Shown here piece by piece: positions 50,447-60,982 of a stretch of 64,000 nucleotides of DNA. The notes beneath the pieces are model-generated. The model searched no databases and was not told where the DNA came from. It saw nothing but the letters and a program-made list of their open reading frames with translations. How positions within the stretch are numbered: position 1 is the first letter of the stretch; every line of letters starts with the position of its first letter. The DNA is from Actinomycetota bacterium (GTDB lineage: Bacteria; Actinomycetota; Humimicrobiia; Humimicrobiales; Humimicrobiaceae). The position numbers and the translations under genes are program-made. The DNA is taken from contig JAQVDY010000005.1 of NCBI GenBank assembly GCA_028698215.1, positions 8,108-72,107 on the forward strand, written 5' to 3'.

Positions 50447-51235
50447 ATGGATATAGTGGTGTGCATAAAACAGGTTCCAGGGACCTCGAAAGTGAAGATA
50501 GATCCCAAAACCGGTGTGCTTATTCGTAGTGGTATTGATACCAAGATGAACCCCTATGATTTATTTGCCCTGGAAACGGCCATAAGGATAAAAGAAGAAA
50601 AAGGCGGTACCATAAAAGTCATAAGTATGGGCCCTCCCCAGGCTACGGATGTAATCAAGGAAGCATACATGATGGGAGCCGATGAAGGGATTTTGCTTTC
50701 AGATAAAAGTTTTGCCGGGGCAGACGTATTAGCCACTTCCTATACCCTTTCCCAGGGTATAGAGAAACTTAAACCCTACCATTTAATTATTTGCGGTAAG
50801 CAAACTACAGATGGTGATACTGCCCAGGTAGGACCGGAAATAGCAGAATTTTTACAGATACCCCATATAGCTAATGTTTTAAATATTTTAGAAATAAGGG
50901 ATGACAATATGGTAGTAGAAATGGATATGCCTAACACCATAGAAGTGGCCAGGATTAGTTATCCCTGCCTTATAACCGTAGAAAAAGACATATTTGAGCC
51001 CCGCCTCCCCTCTTTTAAGAAAAAAGTTTCCACCCGGGATAAAGAGATAAAGATACTGGGCTTAAGAGATTTCAAGGACCAGGATACCGGCAGGTATGGG
51101 CTGAATGGCTCCCCTACCCAGGTAGAAAAGGTATTTCCACCTCCAGAAGATAACAGCCAGGAAAAATGGAAAGGAAATCCGGAAGAAACAGCCATAAGGA
51201 TTGCTGAAAAACTTAAAGAATTAAAGTATATATAA
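50447..51235 (+). CDS. etfB: Electron transfer flavoprotein beta subunit (LctB-like)
   Basis: MDIVVCIKQVP start with SD AAAGGAG 5 nt upstream. EtfB AMP-binding signature throughout. Confidence 0.85.
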   Translation: MDIVVCIKQVPGTSKVKIDPKTGVLIRSGIDTKMNPYDLFALETAIRIKEEKGGTIKVISMGPPQATDVIKEAYMMGADEGILLSDKSFAGADVLATSYTLSQGIEKLKPYHLIICGKQTTDGDTAQVGPEIAEFLQIPHIANVLNILEIRDDNMVVEMDMPNTIEVARISYPCLITVEKDIFEPRLPSFKKKVSTRDKEIKILGLRDFKDQDTGRYGLNGSPTQVEKVFPPPEDNSQEKWKGNPEETAIRIAEKLKELKYI

Positions 51236-51247
51236 GAGGTGTAGCTG

Positions 51248-52471
51248 ATGGGAAGATTAAAAATAAACCAGGAAAAAGTAAATAAACAAACTGCTGAAAA
51301 ATTAATAGATATATGCCCCTTTGGCAGCATCAGCCTAAAAAATGGCCAGCTGGAAATAGACTCCGGTTGTAAAATGTGCAAGATTTGCGTTAAAAAAGGT
51401 CCTAAGGGAGTCATAGAATTTATTGAAGATAAGAAGCCAACGGTTGATAAAAGCCAATGGAAAGATATAACTGTATATGTTGATCATATTGATGGACAAA
51501 TACACCCGGTCACCTATGAGCTAATAGGAAAAGCAAAAGAGCTGGCCCAGAAAGTTGGTTATAAGGTGAATTGCCTGTTCATTGGCCACCATATTACGGA
51601 CCAGGCCAGCCAATTGTTAGAATATGGAGTAAACCAGGTATTTGTATATGACGACCAGCATCTCAAGGATTTCCGCATAGAGCCCTATACATTGGCCTTT
51701 GAACACCATATAAAGCAGCAGAGACCTTCTGTGATACTGGTAGGGGCCACCACTATTGGCCGGTCACTGGCTCCCAGGGTTGCGGGTAGGTTCAGGACAG
51801 GCCTTACTGCGGATTGCACGGTTCTGGATATTAAGCAAAACACAGACCTGATTCAAATCAGGCCAGCATTCGGGGGCAATATAATGGCTAAGATTGTTAC
51901 CCCTAATTCCAGGCCTCAATTTGCCACGGTAAGATATAAGGTTATGGATGCTGCACCCAGATGCGGAGACCAGGGAGGAAAAATCACCCATATCGATATT
52001 AGCAAACTTAACTTTAAATCCGGGATTGAAGTATTAAACATTACGGAAAAAGAATTGGAAGAAAATATCTCTGATGCAGATACAATTATTGCGGTAGGCA
52101 AAGCTGTAAAAGACAATAAACAGATGGACTTAATAAAAGAGCTGGCCCAGTTGTTGGGAGCACAAATCGCAGGAACCAGGCCTCTTATAGAGAGCGGCTT
52201 GATAGAGCCACAAAAACAAATTGGATTAAGCGGAAGAACCGTTAAGCCAAAGCTGATTATTACCTTGGGAATATCAGGTGCAGTACAATTTATAGCGGGA
52301 ATGAGCGGCTCTGAACATATTTTTGCTGTAAACAAAGATCCGCAGGCGCCTATATTCAATGTGGCCAATTACAGCATTGTAGGTGATATTTTCGAGGTAG
52401 TCCCCCTGCTGATTGCAGAGATTAAAAAACATAAAGGAACTGATGTCAAAGAGTGTGTTGGAGTAAGATAA
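51248..52471 (+). CDS. etfA: Electron transfer flavoprotein alpha subunit with N-terminal [4Fe-4S] ferredoxin domain (LctC-like)
   Basis: N-terminal CPFG...CKMCKIC. EtfA FAD-binding C-terminus ([12 protein letters not shown]). Confidence 0.85.
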   Translation: MGRLKINQEKVNKQTAEKLIDICPFGSISLKNGQLEIDSGCKMCKICVKKGPKGVIEFIEDKKPTVDKSQWKDITVYVDHIDGQIHPVTYELIGKAKELAQKVGYKVNCLFIGHHITDQASQLLEYGVNQVFVYDDQHLKDFRIEPYTLAFEHHIKQQRPSVILVGATTIGRSLAPRVAGRFRTGLTADCTVLDIKQNTDLIQIRPAFGGNIMAKIVTPNSRPQFATVRYKVMDAAPRCGDQGGKITHIDISKLNFKSGIEVLNITEKELEENISDADTIIAVGKAVKDNKQMDLIKELAQLLGAQIAGTRPLIESGLIEPQKQIGLSGRTVKPKLIITLGISGAVQFIAGMSGSEHIFAVNKDPQAPIFNVANYSIVGDIFEVVPLLIAEIKKHKGTDVKECVGVR

Positions 52472-52482
52472 GGAGTAATGAT

Positions 52483-53904
52483 ATGAAAAAAGTATTAATA
52501 GATAATGATTACAAAAAGATTGACCTTAAGGATGTAGACTACCTGGCTGCTGTAGTAGGCAGGGATAATATATATTTGGGTGAAGATATACATGAAGATT
52601 TCTGCCACGATGAATTATTCAGCATAAGCCAGATGCCGGAAGTTTTAGTAGAAGTTCACAGTACTGAACAGATTTCAGCAATAATGAAGTATGCCCATGA
52701 GCAAAAAATACCGGTAGTAGTCAGGGGTTCAGGAACAGGCCTGGTAGGCGGTGCAGTCCCTATTTTTGGAGGTATACTTATAAATATAACCAAGATGGAT
52801 AAAATCATAAGCTTGGATGAGGAAAACCTGGCACTTACGGTGGAAGCAGGGGCCCTATTGATGGATATAGCCAAGTATGTAGAAGAAAGAGATCTTTTCT
52901 ATCCTCCAGATCCTGGTGAAAAATCTGCTACCATCGGAGGCAATATAAGTACTAATGCCGGGGGGATGAGGGCTTTAAAATATGGAGTTACCCGGGATTA
53001 TGTGCTGGGTCTGGAAGTGGTATTGCCTACAGGAGAGATATTCAACCTGGGAGGCAAGGTAGTTAAAAACTGTTCAGGATACAGCTTAAAGGACCTATTT
53101 TGCGGATCTGAAGGCACATTGGGTATAATTACCAAGGCTATTTTGAAATTAATTCCCCTTCCCAAGAAATCTATAAGCCTATTGGTGCCCTTCCCTGATC
53201 TAGACAGTGCGATTGCAGCAGTACCCAAAATTTTAAAGCTGAAAATAGTGCCCACAGCTATAGAATTTATGCAGAAAGAGGTATTAAAATCAGCTGAGGA
53301 ATACCTGGGCAAAAGTATTCCGGACAACACCGGGGCAGCTTCTTACCTTTTGTTCACCTTTGACGGCAACAGCAAGGAAGAAATTGAAAAAGAATATGAA
53401 AAAGTAGCTAAAGCCTGCATAGAAAATGGTGCCTTTGATGCCTATATAGTAGATACGGATGAGAGAAAGGAAATGGTTTGGTCGGCTCGAAGCACATTGC
53501 TGGAAGCAGTTAAGGCTTCTACTACGGAAATGGATGAATGCGATGTGGTATTACCCCGGACCAAGATAGCTGAATTTGTTGATTACCTGGATCATATAGA
53601 AGAAGAAGTAGATATAAGGATCAGAAGTTTCGGACATGCCGGAGACGGCAACCTCCATGTTTACGTATTAAGGGATAATCTTTCAGAAAGCGAATGGCAG
53701 GGCAAGCTAGAGGCTGCTTTTAACTTGATGTATAACAAAGCCATTGAACTGAAAGGCTTGGTATCCGGTGAGCATGGAATAGGTTATGCCAAGAAATCTT
53801 ACCTGGAGAACCAGTACGGCCATCAATATATGGAAATCATGAATAATATAAAGAGAGTATTTGATCCCAACAACATACTTAATCCGGGAAAAGTCTGTCA
53901 ATAA
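52483..53904 (+). CDS. FAD-linked oxidase, GlcD-type (LctD-like lactate dehydrogenase)
   Basis: FAD-binding PCMH domain ([16 protein letters not shown]) plus a C-terminal 4-oxidase domain. Start MKKVLID with SD AAGGAG. Confidence 0.8.
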   Translation: MKKVLIDNDYKKIDLKDVDYLAAVVGRDNIYLGEDIHEDFCHDELFSISQMPEVLVEVHSTEQISAIMKYAHEQKIPVVVRGSGTGLVGGAVPIFGGILINITKMDKIISLDEENLALTVEAGALLMDIAKYVEERDLFYPPDPGEKSATIGGNISTNAGGMRALKYGVTRDYVLGLEVVLPTGEIFNLGGKVVKNCSGYSLKDLFCGSEGTLGIITKAILKLIPLPKKSISLLVPFPDLDSAIAAVPKILKLKIVPTAIEFMQKEVLKSAEEYLGKSIPDNTGAASYLLFTFDGNSKEEIEKEYEKVAKACIENGAFDAYIVDTDERKEMVWSARSTLLEAVKASTTEMDECDVVLPRTKIAEFVDYLDHIEEEVDIRIRSFGHAGDGNLHVYVLRDNLSESEWQGKLEAAFNLMYNKAIELKGLVSGEHGIGYAKKSYLENQYGHQYMEIMNNIKRVFDPNNILNPGKVCQ

Positions 53905-53916
53905 AATCTAGGGGAT

Positions 53917-54630
53917 TTAGACAGAGGTAAGCTGGTTGATTTGCCGGGTGTTTAGCACCTTATATTTGCCTTCCGGTAAGTCCCCTAAACAAAAGCTACC
54001 AATTTTGGTCCTCTGTAAATCCAACAGCTGGTAGCCTAGTTTTTTAAATACCCTTCTTATTATTCTTTTTCTTCCTTCCACCAAAGCGAGCATTAGCTCG
54101 GAAGATTGTAAACTGCTTTGGGTTACCCGGGTAGATACTATTGCCACTTCCCTATCTTCTATGCTTATGCCTTTATCTATTTTGTTTAAATCCTTCTTGC
54201 TTAAAAGGCCTTTGACCTTAACCTTATAGGTTTTAGGGATATTAAATTTAGGATGGGTAATGCGGTAGGCCAAGTAGCCGTTATTAGTCATTATTAAAAG
54301 TCCCCTGGAATTGTAGTCCAGCCTGCCTACGGGATACAACCTTAAATCATTATCCAGTAAATCTGTTACCTTTTTGCGGTTAAAATCATCTTTGACTGTG
54401 GAAAGATAACCTGCAGGCTTATTTAAAGCAATCACTATTTTAGGTTCAGGATTTACCGGTTTGCCTTCCAACAGAACCTGGTCTTGGCTGCTGACCTTAT
54501 AAAAAAGTTCCTTTACCGGGTCGCCATTTACAGTAACTTTTCCTTCCAGCACCAGGTTTTCACATTTTCTTCTGGAGCCTAAACCACAATCTGCCAGGTA
54601 TTTAGAAATTCTAATCTTGTTCACTTTCAA
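53917..54630 (-). CDS. Pseudouridine synthase (RsuA/RluB family) with S4 domain
   Basis: S4 N-terminus (ISKYLADCGLGSRRKCENLV). Catalytic Asp in GRLDYNSRGLL. Confidence 0.8.
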   Translation of the reverse strand: MKVNKIRISKYLADCGLGSRRKCENLVLEGKVTVNGDPVKELFYKVSSQDQVLLEGKPVNPEPKIVIALNKPAGYLSTVKDDFNRKKVTDLLDNDLRLYPVGRLDYNSRGLLIMTNNGYLAYRITHPKFNIPKTYKVKVKGLLSKKDLNKIDKGISIEDREVAIVSTRVTQSSLQSSELMLALVEGRKRIIRRVFKKLGYQLLDLQRTKIGSFCLGDLPEGKYKVLNTRQINQLTSV

Positions 54631-55177
54631 TCTGTTCCAAGGGTGGTAATTGATTTAAATTATCAATACCTAATAATTCCAAAAATTTTTCAGTGGTGTT
54701 GTAAATAATAGGGTTTCCAGGCTCTTTTAATCTTCCAGCTTCTTTTAACAGCCCTTTTTCTACCAGGGTTAAAACTACACTATCGGTCCTTACTCCCCTA
54801 ATCTCAGCAATCTGGGTCCTGGTTACTGGCTGCTTATAAGCGGTAATGGCAAGGGTTTCTAAAGCAGCCTGGGAAAGATGGGACCTGATATTGGATTTTA
54901 CAAAATCCTTTATATGTTCGCTGATGGCAGGATTGGAGTAGAAGCGAAACCCACCGGCTACTTTCCTAATTATAAAACCGCGGCAGGAATCAACATATTC
55001 CTCCTTAAGGTTTTCAATGATCTTTTGCACATCTTTAGGCTCTAATCCTAAAGAATCTGAAATATCTTTTACTTTCACCGGCTGTTCGGAGATAAACAAC
55101 ATGCCTTCAATACAAGCCTTAACTAAAACGCCGTCTGAATCCAGCAAGTTAAATTTTTTATTAATTTTTTGGTTCAT
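54611..55177 (-). CDS. scpB: Segregation and condensation protein B
   Basis: Tandem wHTH ScpB fold (QPVTRTQIAEIRGV). Located downstream of scpA. Confidence 0.85.
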   Translation of the reverse strand: MNQKINKKFNLLDSDGVLVKACIEGMLFISEQPVKVKDISDSLGLEPKDVQKIIENLKEEYVDSCRGFIIRKVAGGFRFYSNPAISEHIKDFVKSNIRSHLSQAALETLAITAYKQPVTRTQIAEIRGVRTDSVVLTLVEKGLLKEAGRLKEPGNPIIYNTTEKFLELLGIDNLNQLPPLEQIESEQD

Positions 55178-55916
55178 TTTTTTTGGTTCTCTTTATAATT
55201 ATATTGCCAAAATTTTCAAATTGTATAATTTCTATCTGTTCATTCTTGTAAAGCTCAAGTATGGATAAAAAACAAATAATGATATCCAGCACTTCTTTAA
55301 AATCTAAGGTCAGCTGCTTAAATGTGACCTCTTCTTTTTGGCTTAAATTAGTTTTAATCCTTTCCATTTCATCATAGATAGACCTTATATTGCGATGATT
55401 ATAAGCTATATCAAACCCCAGCTGTACCGGTTCACCTTTTAGCATATTTCTAGCTAGCAGGGCTATATCAAATTTATTTATACCCTCCAAAAAATTGGGC
55501 ATAATATCTAAAAACTGCTTTTCTACAGCTGCTTCCCTTACAAAGAACAATTCCTCTGTTTCCAGAGATTTTTCCAAGTATAAAGCTATTTTTTTAAATA
55601 TTTTATACTCCTGTTCCCTTAACCTTAAAATCTCCTGGCTGATTTCCTGCTGTTGTTCAACCTGCACATTCTTGGAGGGAAGCAGTGACCTTGATTTAAT
55701 TTCCAGCAGCACGGAAGCCGTATAAATAAAGCTGGAAATGGTATCAATGGCTACGCTTTCATAACGGTTAATAAAATCCATAAAACCGGCGATAATGTCA
55801 TTTATGCTTATGTTGTAAATATCAGCTTTCTTGGATTGGACCAATTCAAGCAGGAATTTAATGGGACCTGTCTGGTTTTGATAAGAAACTATGTATTGAT
55901 GGGGATTATCAGTCAA
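55161..55916 (-). CDS. scpA: Segregation and condensation protein A
   Basis: ScpA kleisin N-terminus (FEGPLDLLLxL-type, FLLELVQSKKADIYNISINDI). Confidence 0.8.
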   Translation of the reverse strand: MTDNPHQYIVSYQNQTGPIKFLLELVQSKKADIYNISINDIIAGFMDFINRYESVAIDTISSFIYTASVLLEIKSRSLLPSKNVQVEQQQEISQEILRLREQEYKIFKKIALYLEKSLETEELFFVREAAVEKQFLDIMPNFLEGINKFDIALLARNMLKGEPVQLGFDIAYNHRNIRSIYDEMERIKTNLSQKEEVTFKQLTLDFKEVLDIIICFLSILELYKNEQIEIIQFENFGNIIIKRTKKNEPKN

Positions 55917-56892
55917 TTCCTATCTTTTCCCTTACCTGTTTTATAGTTAATTTAGAAATTTTTCTGACCTGGTTTTTACCTTCCTCCAGTATCTTGTAGA
56001 TACTTTGGGGATCTTTTTCCAGTTCTTGCCTCCTGCCTTGAAAATCCTTTAGTGATTCATATATTATATCTGCCAGTTCAGATTTACAGGCAGTGCAGCC
56101 AATATCTGCATTCCTGCACCTGTGTTCAATATTTTTTATATCCTGTTTCTTATAAATATTGTAGAAAGTAAAAACATTACAGACTTCAGGATGACCTGGA
56201 TCCTTTAGCTTTATCCTTTGAGGGTCGGTAATCATCATTTTTACTTTTTTGGTTATGGTTTCATGGTCATCGGTAAGGTAGATAGCGTTACCATAGCTTT
56301 TAGACATTTTCCGCCCGTCAGTGCCAGGAACCCTGGTGGATTGTGAAAGCAACTCCTGTGGTTCATTGAAATACTGGCCATAAAGATAATTGAATCTCCG
56401 GGCTATTTCTCTGGTAATTTCCAGATGGGGCAGCTGGTCCTCCCCTACGGGGACAATATTGGCATTAACTATTAAAATATCTGCAGCCATAATCACTGGA
56501 TAAGAAAGAAAGCCCAAGGTAGACAGGTCCTTTGATTTGAGCTGGTTAATCTGTTCTTTATAGGTGGGGCATCTTTCCAGCCAGCTTAAGGGAGTAATCA
56601 TGGAAAAATAAAGGGTAAGTTCGGTAATTTCAGGTATATCAGATTGACGGTATAGATGAGTTAGCTTTGGATCCACTCCCAGTGCAATCAAATCAATCAC
56701 ACAATCCAATAAATTCTTTTTAATATTAACCGGATTCTGGTACTCAGTAGACAATGCATGCCAATCCACTAAAAAAAAGAAGTTTTCATATTCATGCTGG
56801 TGTTTTATCATATTCATGATATTACCATGTAAATGCCCCAGGTGAAGTTTACCTGTTGGCCTGAAACCGGTTAGCATTTTTACTTTTTCCAT
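55909..56892 (-). CDS. trpS: Tryptophan--tRNA ligase
   Basis: HIGH (TGKLHLGHLHG) and KMSKS motifs. TrpRS length. Confidence 0.9.
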   Translation of the reverse strand: MEKVKMLTGFRPTGKLHLGHLHGNIMNMIKHQHEYENFFFLVDWHALSTEYQNPVNIKKNLLDCVIDLIALGVDPKLTHLYRQSDIPEITELTLYFSMITPLSWLERCPTYKEQINQLKSKDLSTLGFLSYPVIMAADILIVNANIVPVGEDQLPHLEITREIARRFNYLYGQYFNEPQELLSQSTRVPGTDGRKMSKSYGNAIYLTDDHETITKKVKMMITDPQRIKLKDPGHPEVCNVFTFYNIYKKQDIKNIEHRCRNADIGCTACKSELADIIYESLKDFQGRRQELEKDPQSIYKILEEGKNQVRKISKLTIKQVREKIGID

Positions 56893-56919
56893 TTTTAATC
56901 CTTTAAAGAACTAGCATTT

Positions 56920-57603
56920 CTATAATAAATATTGCCACCAAAGGCAGATATTATAAATAAATCTTATTGCTGGAGAAATAATATTCCACAAAAAGGTTCT
57001 TCCTAAAAAAAGTATTACAAAGATAAATATAAAACCAAATCTTCCCAAGCTCAAATATTTATACATGGCACTGTCAGGCAAAAAGGAAGCCAGCACCTTG
57101 GAGCCATCCAAAGGTGGTATGGGTATGAGGTTAAATATCGCTAAAAATATATTAATATAAATAGTATTCTTAAAAATATCAGCAATAAACATGATAGTAT
57201 TGGAATAATAATTCCTGGTAAAAAAAACATATAAACCAAAAATAGAGCCCATGATAAAAGCTAATAGCAGGTTGGTTACTATTCCTGCCAGCGAGGTATA
57301 TCTAATCCCCCTTCTGAAATTTTTAAAATAATAGGTGTTTATGGGGACTGGTTTTGCATAGCCAAATACTATTCCGGAACGGAGCAGTATAAGCAGTATG
57401 GGCAGTAAAATAGTTCCAAAAATATCAATATGGGCCAAGGGATTAAGGGTGAGCCTACCCATGTTTTTTGCGGTAGGGTCTCCCTGCCGGTAAGCAATAT
57501 AGCCATGTGCATATTCATGAAGGGTAACTCCCAAAATAAGGCCGGGAGCCCAAGTTACTATATCTTTTAAAAAATCTATAAAAGTATTAAATAAATTTTC
57601 CAT
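56920..57603 (-). CDS. M50-family (site-2-protease-like) membrane metallopeptidase
   Basis: HEYAHG in a TM helix plus a downstream LDGS-type motif (PPLDGSKV). Polytopic. Confidence 0.65.
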   Translation of the reverse strand: MENLFNTFIDFLKDIVTWAPGLILGVTLHEYAHGYIAYRQGDPTAKNMGRLTLNPLAHIDIFGTILLPILLILLRSGIVFGYAKPVPINTYYFKNFRRGIRYTSLAGIVTNLLLAFIMGSIFGLYVFFTRNYYSNTIMFIADIFKNTIYINIFLAIFNLIPIPPLDGSKVLASFLPDSAMYKYLSLGRFGFIFIFVILFLGRTFLWNIISPAIRFIYNICLWWQYLL

Positions 57604-57711
57604 AATTTACTGCCGTTTTTTTAAGATAATAATCCTATCTTTTAGATTATGACCTTATACCTTAACAAAATATCGCAAATTTGCAAATATTAAAACCCTA
57701 TGTAAACCAAA

Positions 57712-58608
57712 CTATTTTTCCCGGGGATGGTACTTGAAATATATTTTTTTTAAATGAGTTTTGGTAACAGTGGTATAAATTTCAGTAGTAGATATGCTGC
57801 TGTGTCCCAGCAATTCCTGGACCGTCCTGAGATCAGCGCCCCTTTCCAGCATATGGGTCGCAAAACTATGTCTTAGGATATGGGGATAAAGCTTCTTTTT
57901 TATACCAGCCAGCTTTCCATATTTTTTCATAATTTTCCATAAAGATTGCCTGGATATCTGTTTGCCAAATTTATTTAAGAAAACAAATTCCTGCCCATAC
58001 TGGGCTATTACGCGTCTTTCCTCATTAACATAGGTAATCAGGGAATCGACAGCTTTCTGGCCTATGGGGGTAATTCTTTCCTTATTTCCTTTACCAATAA
58101 GCACTAATAAATTTTCTTCAAAATCAATATTTTTTAGCTTCAGGCCCACTAGCTCGCTGGCTCTTAAACCGCAGGAATAAAGCAGTTCAAACATGGCTAT
58201 GTCTCTTTGTTTTAATTTTTTGGCTACCTGGCTCAAAAATAGGTCCACCTCGGATTCGCTCAGGACATCTACCAGCCTGCGGGGAAGTTTGGGATTACTG
58301 GTATCAGCAAAAGGGTTAACATTTATTTTCTGCTCCCTGGCCAAAAACCTATAAAAACCTCTAATAGAAGATAGAATCCGGGATATGGAGTTGGATTCAT
58401 AATGCAGGCGAAGATATTTTAAAAAATTGATTATATCCTGGTCGTTTAAGTCTAGATGATTTAGTCCTTCCTGATTCAAAAAATCAGAATATCTACGCAG
58501 GTCTCTTTGGTAAGAAAGCTGGGTATTAGCACTAAGCATTCTTTCAAATCTTATATAATCTAAAAAATTTTGAATATCCTGCTTAAAATTCTCAGGTTTG
58601 ATGTTCAT
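57712..58608 (-). CDS. xerD: Tyrosine recombinase XerD/XerC (chromosome dimer resolution)
   Basis: R...K...HxxR...Y catalytic set (RHSFATHMLERGADLRTVQELLGHSSISTTEIYT). Confidence 0.8.
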   Translation of the reverse strand: MNIKPENFKQDIQNFLDYIRFERMLSANTQLSYQRDLRRYSDFLNQEGLNHLDLNDQDIINFLKYLRLHYESNSISRILSSIRGFYRFLAREQKINVNPFADTSNPKLPRRLVDVLSESEVDLFLSQVAKKLKQRDIAMFELLYSCGLRASELVGLKLKNIDFEENLLVLIGKGNKERITPIGQKAVDSLITYVNEERRVIAQYGQEFVFLNKFGKQISRQSLWKIMKKYGKLAGIKKKLYPHILRHSFATHMLERGADLRTVQELLGHSSISTTEIYTTVTKTHLKKIYFKYHPREK

Positions 58609-59143
58609 TTAGGTAATCCCTGGCCAGCATTAATCCAATAATAGTTTTTGCATCCTGTATTTCGCCTGTTTTAATCATAGAAATAGCATCATCAAGTTTA
58701 AATTTTAATATATGAAGAAACTCATCTTCGTCTAAGTTGTTATTTGAAACCTTAAAGCCTGAGGCAAGATACATGTGTAAAAGCTCATCACAGAAGCCGG
58801 GGGTGGTATAGAAGGAAGTCAGCTTAACTAATTGACTGTCTTCTGCCCCTACCTCCTCTTTAAGTTCCCTCCTGGCGCAATTTACAGGGTCTTCACCCTT
58901 ATCCAGTTTACCGGCAGGGATTTCAATTAAAGTTTGATGGGGAGGATACCTGAATTGTTTTACCAGGTATACCTGCCGCAAATTATCAACAGGCACTATT
59001 GCCACTGCCCCCGGATGAGTAACCTTTTCCCGGGAAGCTATTTTTTTATTAGGCAACTGGACCTGATCCAAATATAATCCAAGAATTTTACCCTTAAAGA
59101 TTTTTTTAGAACTAATCTTTTTCTCATACAGCTGTTGATCCAT
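58592..59143 (-). CDS. Nudix hydrolase (ADP-ribose pyrophosphatase-like)
   Basis: Nudix box GKLDKGEDPVNCARRELKEEVG. Confidence 0.8.
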   Translation of the reverse strand: MDQQLYEKKISSKKIFKGKILGLYLDQVQLPNKKIASREKVTHPGAVAIVPVDNLRQVYLVKQFRYPPHQTLIEIPAGKLDKGEDPVNCARRELKEEVGAEDSQLVKLTSFYTTPGFCDELLHMYLASGFKVSNNNLDEDEFLHILKFKLDDAISMIKTGEIQDAKTIIGLMLARDYLNEHQT

Positions 59144-59151
59144 ACCATCTC

Positions 59152-60300
59152 CTAAACATTAATGCTGGTTTTGCAAATTTCTACTACTAATGCCGCCAGA
59201 AGTATTAATTGGTCCATTTTTACAAATTCCTGGCAGGTGTGCACTTTTTCCATACCTGCAGAAAGGTTTACTGCTTTTTTACCCCTGGAGTTTATAATAT
59301 TGACATCACTTCCCCCGCCTGTAGATTTTAAGCGGGGCTTAATGCCTAAATTGCCGATAGCCTGCTTAGCAATCAGCAAAGGAACATCATTATGGGCAAT
59401 ATTGAAACCATCATATTCCCTATCTACTTTTATGTTTACCTTACCTTTATATTTTTTTTCAACGGTTTGGGCATTGGCTAAAAAGGCATCTGTTATCTGG
59501 TTGAGCTTTTCCAGGCTGAGGCTCCTGGCTTCCATCTCCATATATACTTTATGAGGCACAATATTTTTAGCAGTCCCTCCCTTAATTATACCGGCATTTG
59601 CGGTGCTTTCTTTATCCAGTCTGCCCCAATTGGACATTTGTACAAAATTAGATGACATCTCTATGGCATTTATACCCTTTTCCGGCTCCAATCCTGCATG
59701 TGCTGCCTTACCCAGGAAATCAAGATAGAAGGAATTCTGGTAAGGTGCCTGGGTGATAATGGTACCGATATCCCCGTCTGCATCAAAAGTAAACCCGTAT
59801 TTTGCAGGTACTGCTTCCAAGTCTATATATTTTGAACCAAAAATTCCGCATTCTTCTGATATGGTAAACAAAATATAAATATCCGGAGTAGGAATTTGAT
59901 TATCCATTATTACCTGCAGTGCTTCCATAACGGCTGCTACAGCAACCTTGTCATCCCCGCCCAGGATACAATCCCTATTTTTATTTTTAATCTTCCCTTC
60001 CACCAGCACCGGTTCAACATTTCCGTTAAGCTCGACCGTATCCAGATGGGCATTAAGGAAAATAGGCTGGCCTCCAGAATGGTTGGAGTTGGAAAACAAG
60101 GCAGTTATATTACCAGAATTGCTCCCGAAATTTTTGCCGCTGTCGTCTATCTGGACTTTCAAACCCCAATTCTTAAATATTGCAGCTACATAATCTACTA
60201 TTTCCCTTTCATTTCTAGTTGGGCTTTTTATGGATAATAATTTAAAAAAATTATCCAATAATCTTTTTTTATTTATCAACTCACTGCTTTTTTCTTCCAT
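59152..60300 (-). CDS. M20-family metallopeptidase (peptidase T-like)
   Basis: AHLDTV, GGDDK and SEECG metal ligands. Start trimmed to MEEKSS (60300), because the longer ORF would overlap the upstream gene by 85 nt. Confidence 0.7.
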   Translation of the reverse strand: MEEKSSELINKKRLLDNFFKLLSIKSPTRNEREIVDYVAAIFKNWGLKVQIDDSGKNFGSNSGNITALFSNSNHSGGQPIFLNAHLDTVELNGNVEPVLVEGKIKNKNRDCILGGDDKVAVAAVMEALQVIMDNQIPTPDIYILFTISEECGIFGSKYIDLEAVPAKYGFTFDADGDIGTIITQAPYQNSFYLDFLGKAAHAGLEPEKGINAIEMSSNFVQMSNWGRLDKESTANAGIIKGGTAKNIVPHKVYMEMEARSLSLEKLNQITDAFLANAQTVEKKYKGKVNIKVDREYDGFNIAHNDVPLLIAKQAIGNLGIKPRLKSTGGGSDVNIINSRGKKAVNLSAGMEKVHTCQEFVKMDQLILLAALVVEICKTSINV

Positions 60301-60974
60301 AATCTTCCTATTCTTTCTGAATTTATTAAAATTATTCCCCCGCCCAGGGCAATCAACCATAAAAATCCACTGGCAGACAGCAATTTAAAAAAGTATTGGT
60401 TAAAAAACCCTAAAGGAAAAAGGGTTATAAGTAAAGAATCTTCGGGGAAGATATAGTTGCCCTGGGGGAAAAATACCTGGTGAAAATTCTCAAATAAAAC
60501 TACAAAGTTTTGGCTGAACAACAATAGCAGAGCCAGCAGTATCAGGATCAGGCAGGCACCTGAGAGGAGTATAATGCCTATTGACCGTGCGAAGATAACC
60601 CAGGGTTTATGTAACAATAATATTATAGTAATTATAAAAAGGGCCAAAGACAGGTAAAAAGCAAACAGTAACCAGTTAATCAATATTCTAACATCTTCTA
60701 AATGGCTTATTTCGTCCAGGGTAAATGGCCCAGTTTCTCCCTGTGGATCATATACTTCTATCTTTGCCCTATTTTGAAAAAATTCAATAAGGTTTTGTGT
60801 AATATATTCCAGATCATTTAAATTTAACCGTGAAGTGACCCCATTTTGACGGTAAAGCTGCATATAATTATTTTCATTATATAGATAAAAGGACAAGGGG
60901 GCCAAAAGTATAATAACCACCAGGGTTATGGCGGCCAGGGCCATTAAGGTTTTTTGTACTGCAGGGTTTTTCAT
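60276..60974 (-). CDS. Polytopic membrane protein (TIGR01906/DUF1461-like)
   Basis: Four hydrophobic segments and the conserved FFPQGNY.F loop. Confidence 0.5.
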   Translation of the reverse strand: MKNPAVQKTLMALAAITLVVIILLAPLSFYLYNENNYMQLYRQNGVTSRLNLNDLEYITQNLIEFFQNRAKIEVYDPQGETGPFTLDEISHLEDVRILINWLLFAFYLSLALFIITIILLLHKPWVIFARSIGIILLSGACLILILLALLLLFSQNFVVLFENFHQVFFPQGNYIFPEDSLLITLFPLGFFNQYFFKLLSASGFLWLIALGGGIILINSERIGRLWKKKAVS

Positions 60975-60982
60975 TTAATTGA

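Noticed and set aside
57712-58608. Tyrosine recombinase as a sign of an integrated mobile element
   Set aside because: It is XerD-type, has a housekeeping context (scpAB, nudix, pyrG), and has no flanking repeats, attachment-site duplications or cargo genes. It is the chromosomal dif recombinase.
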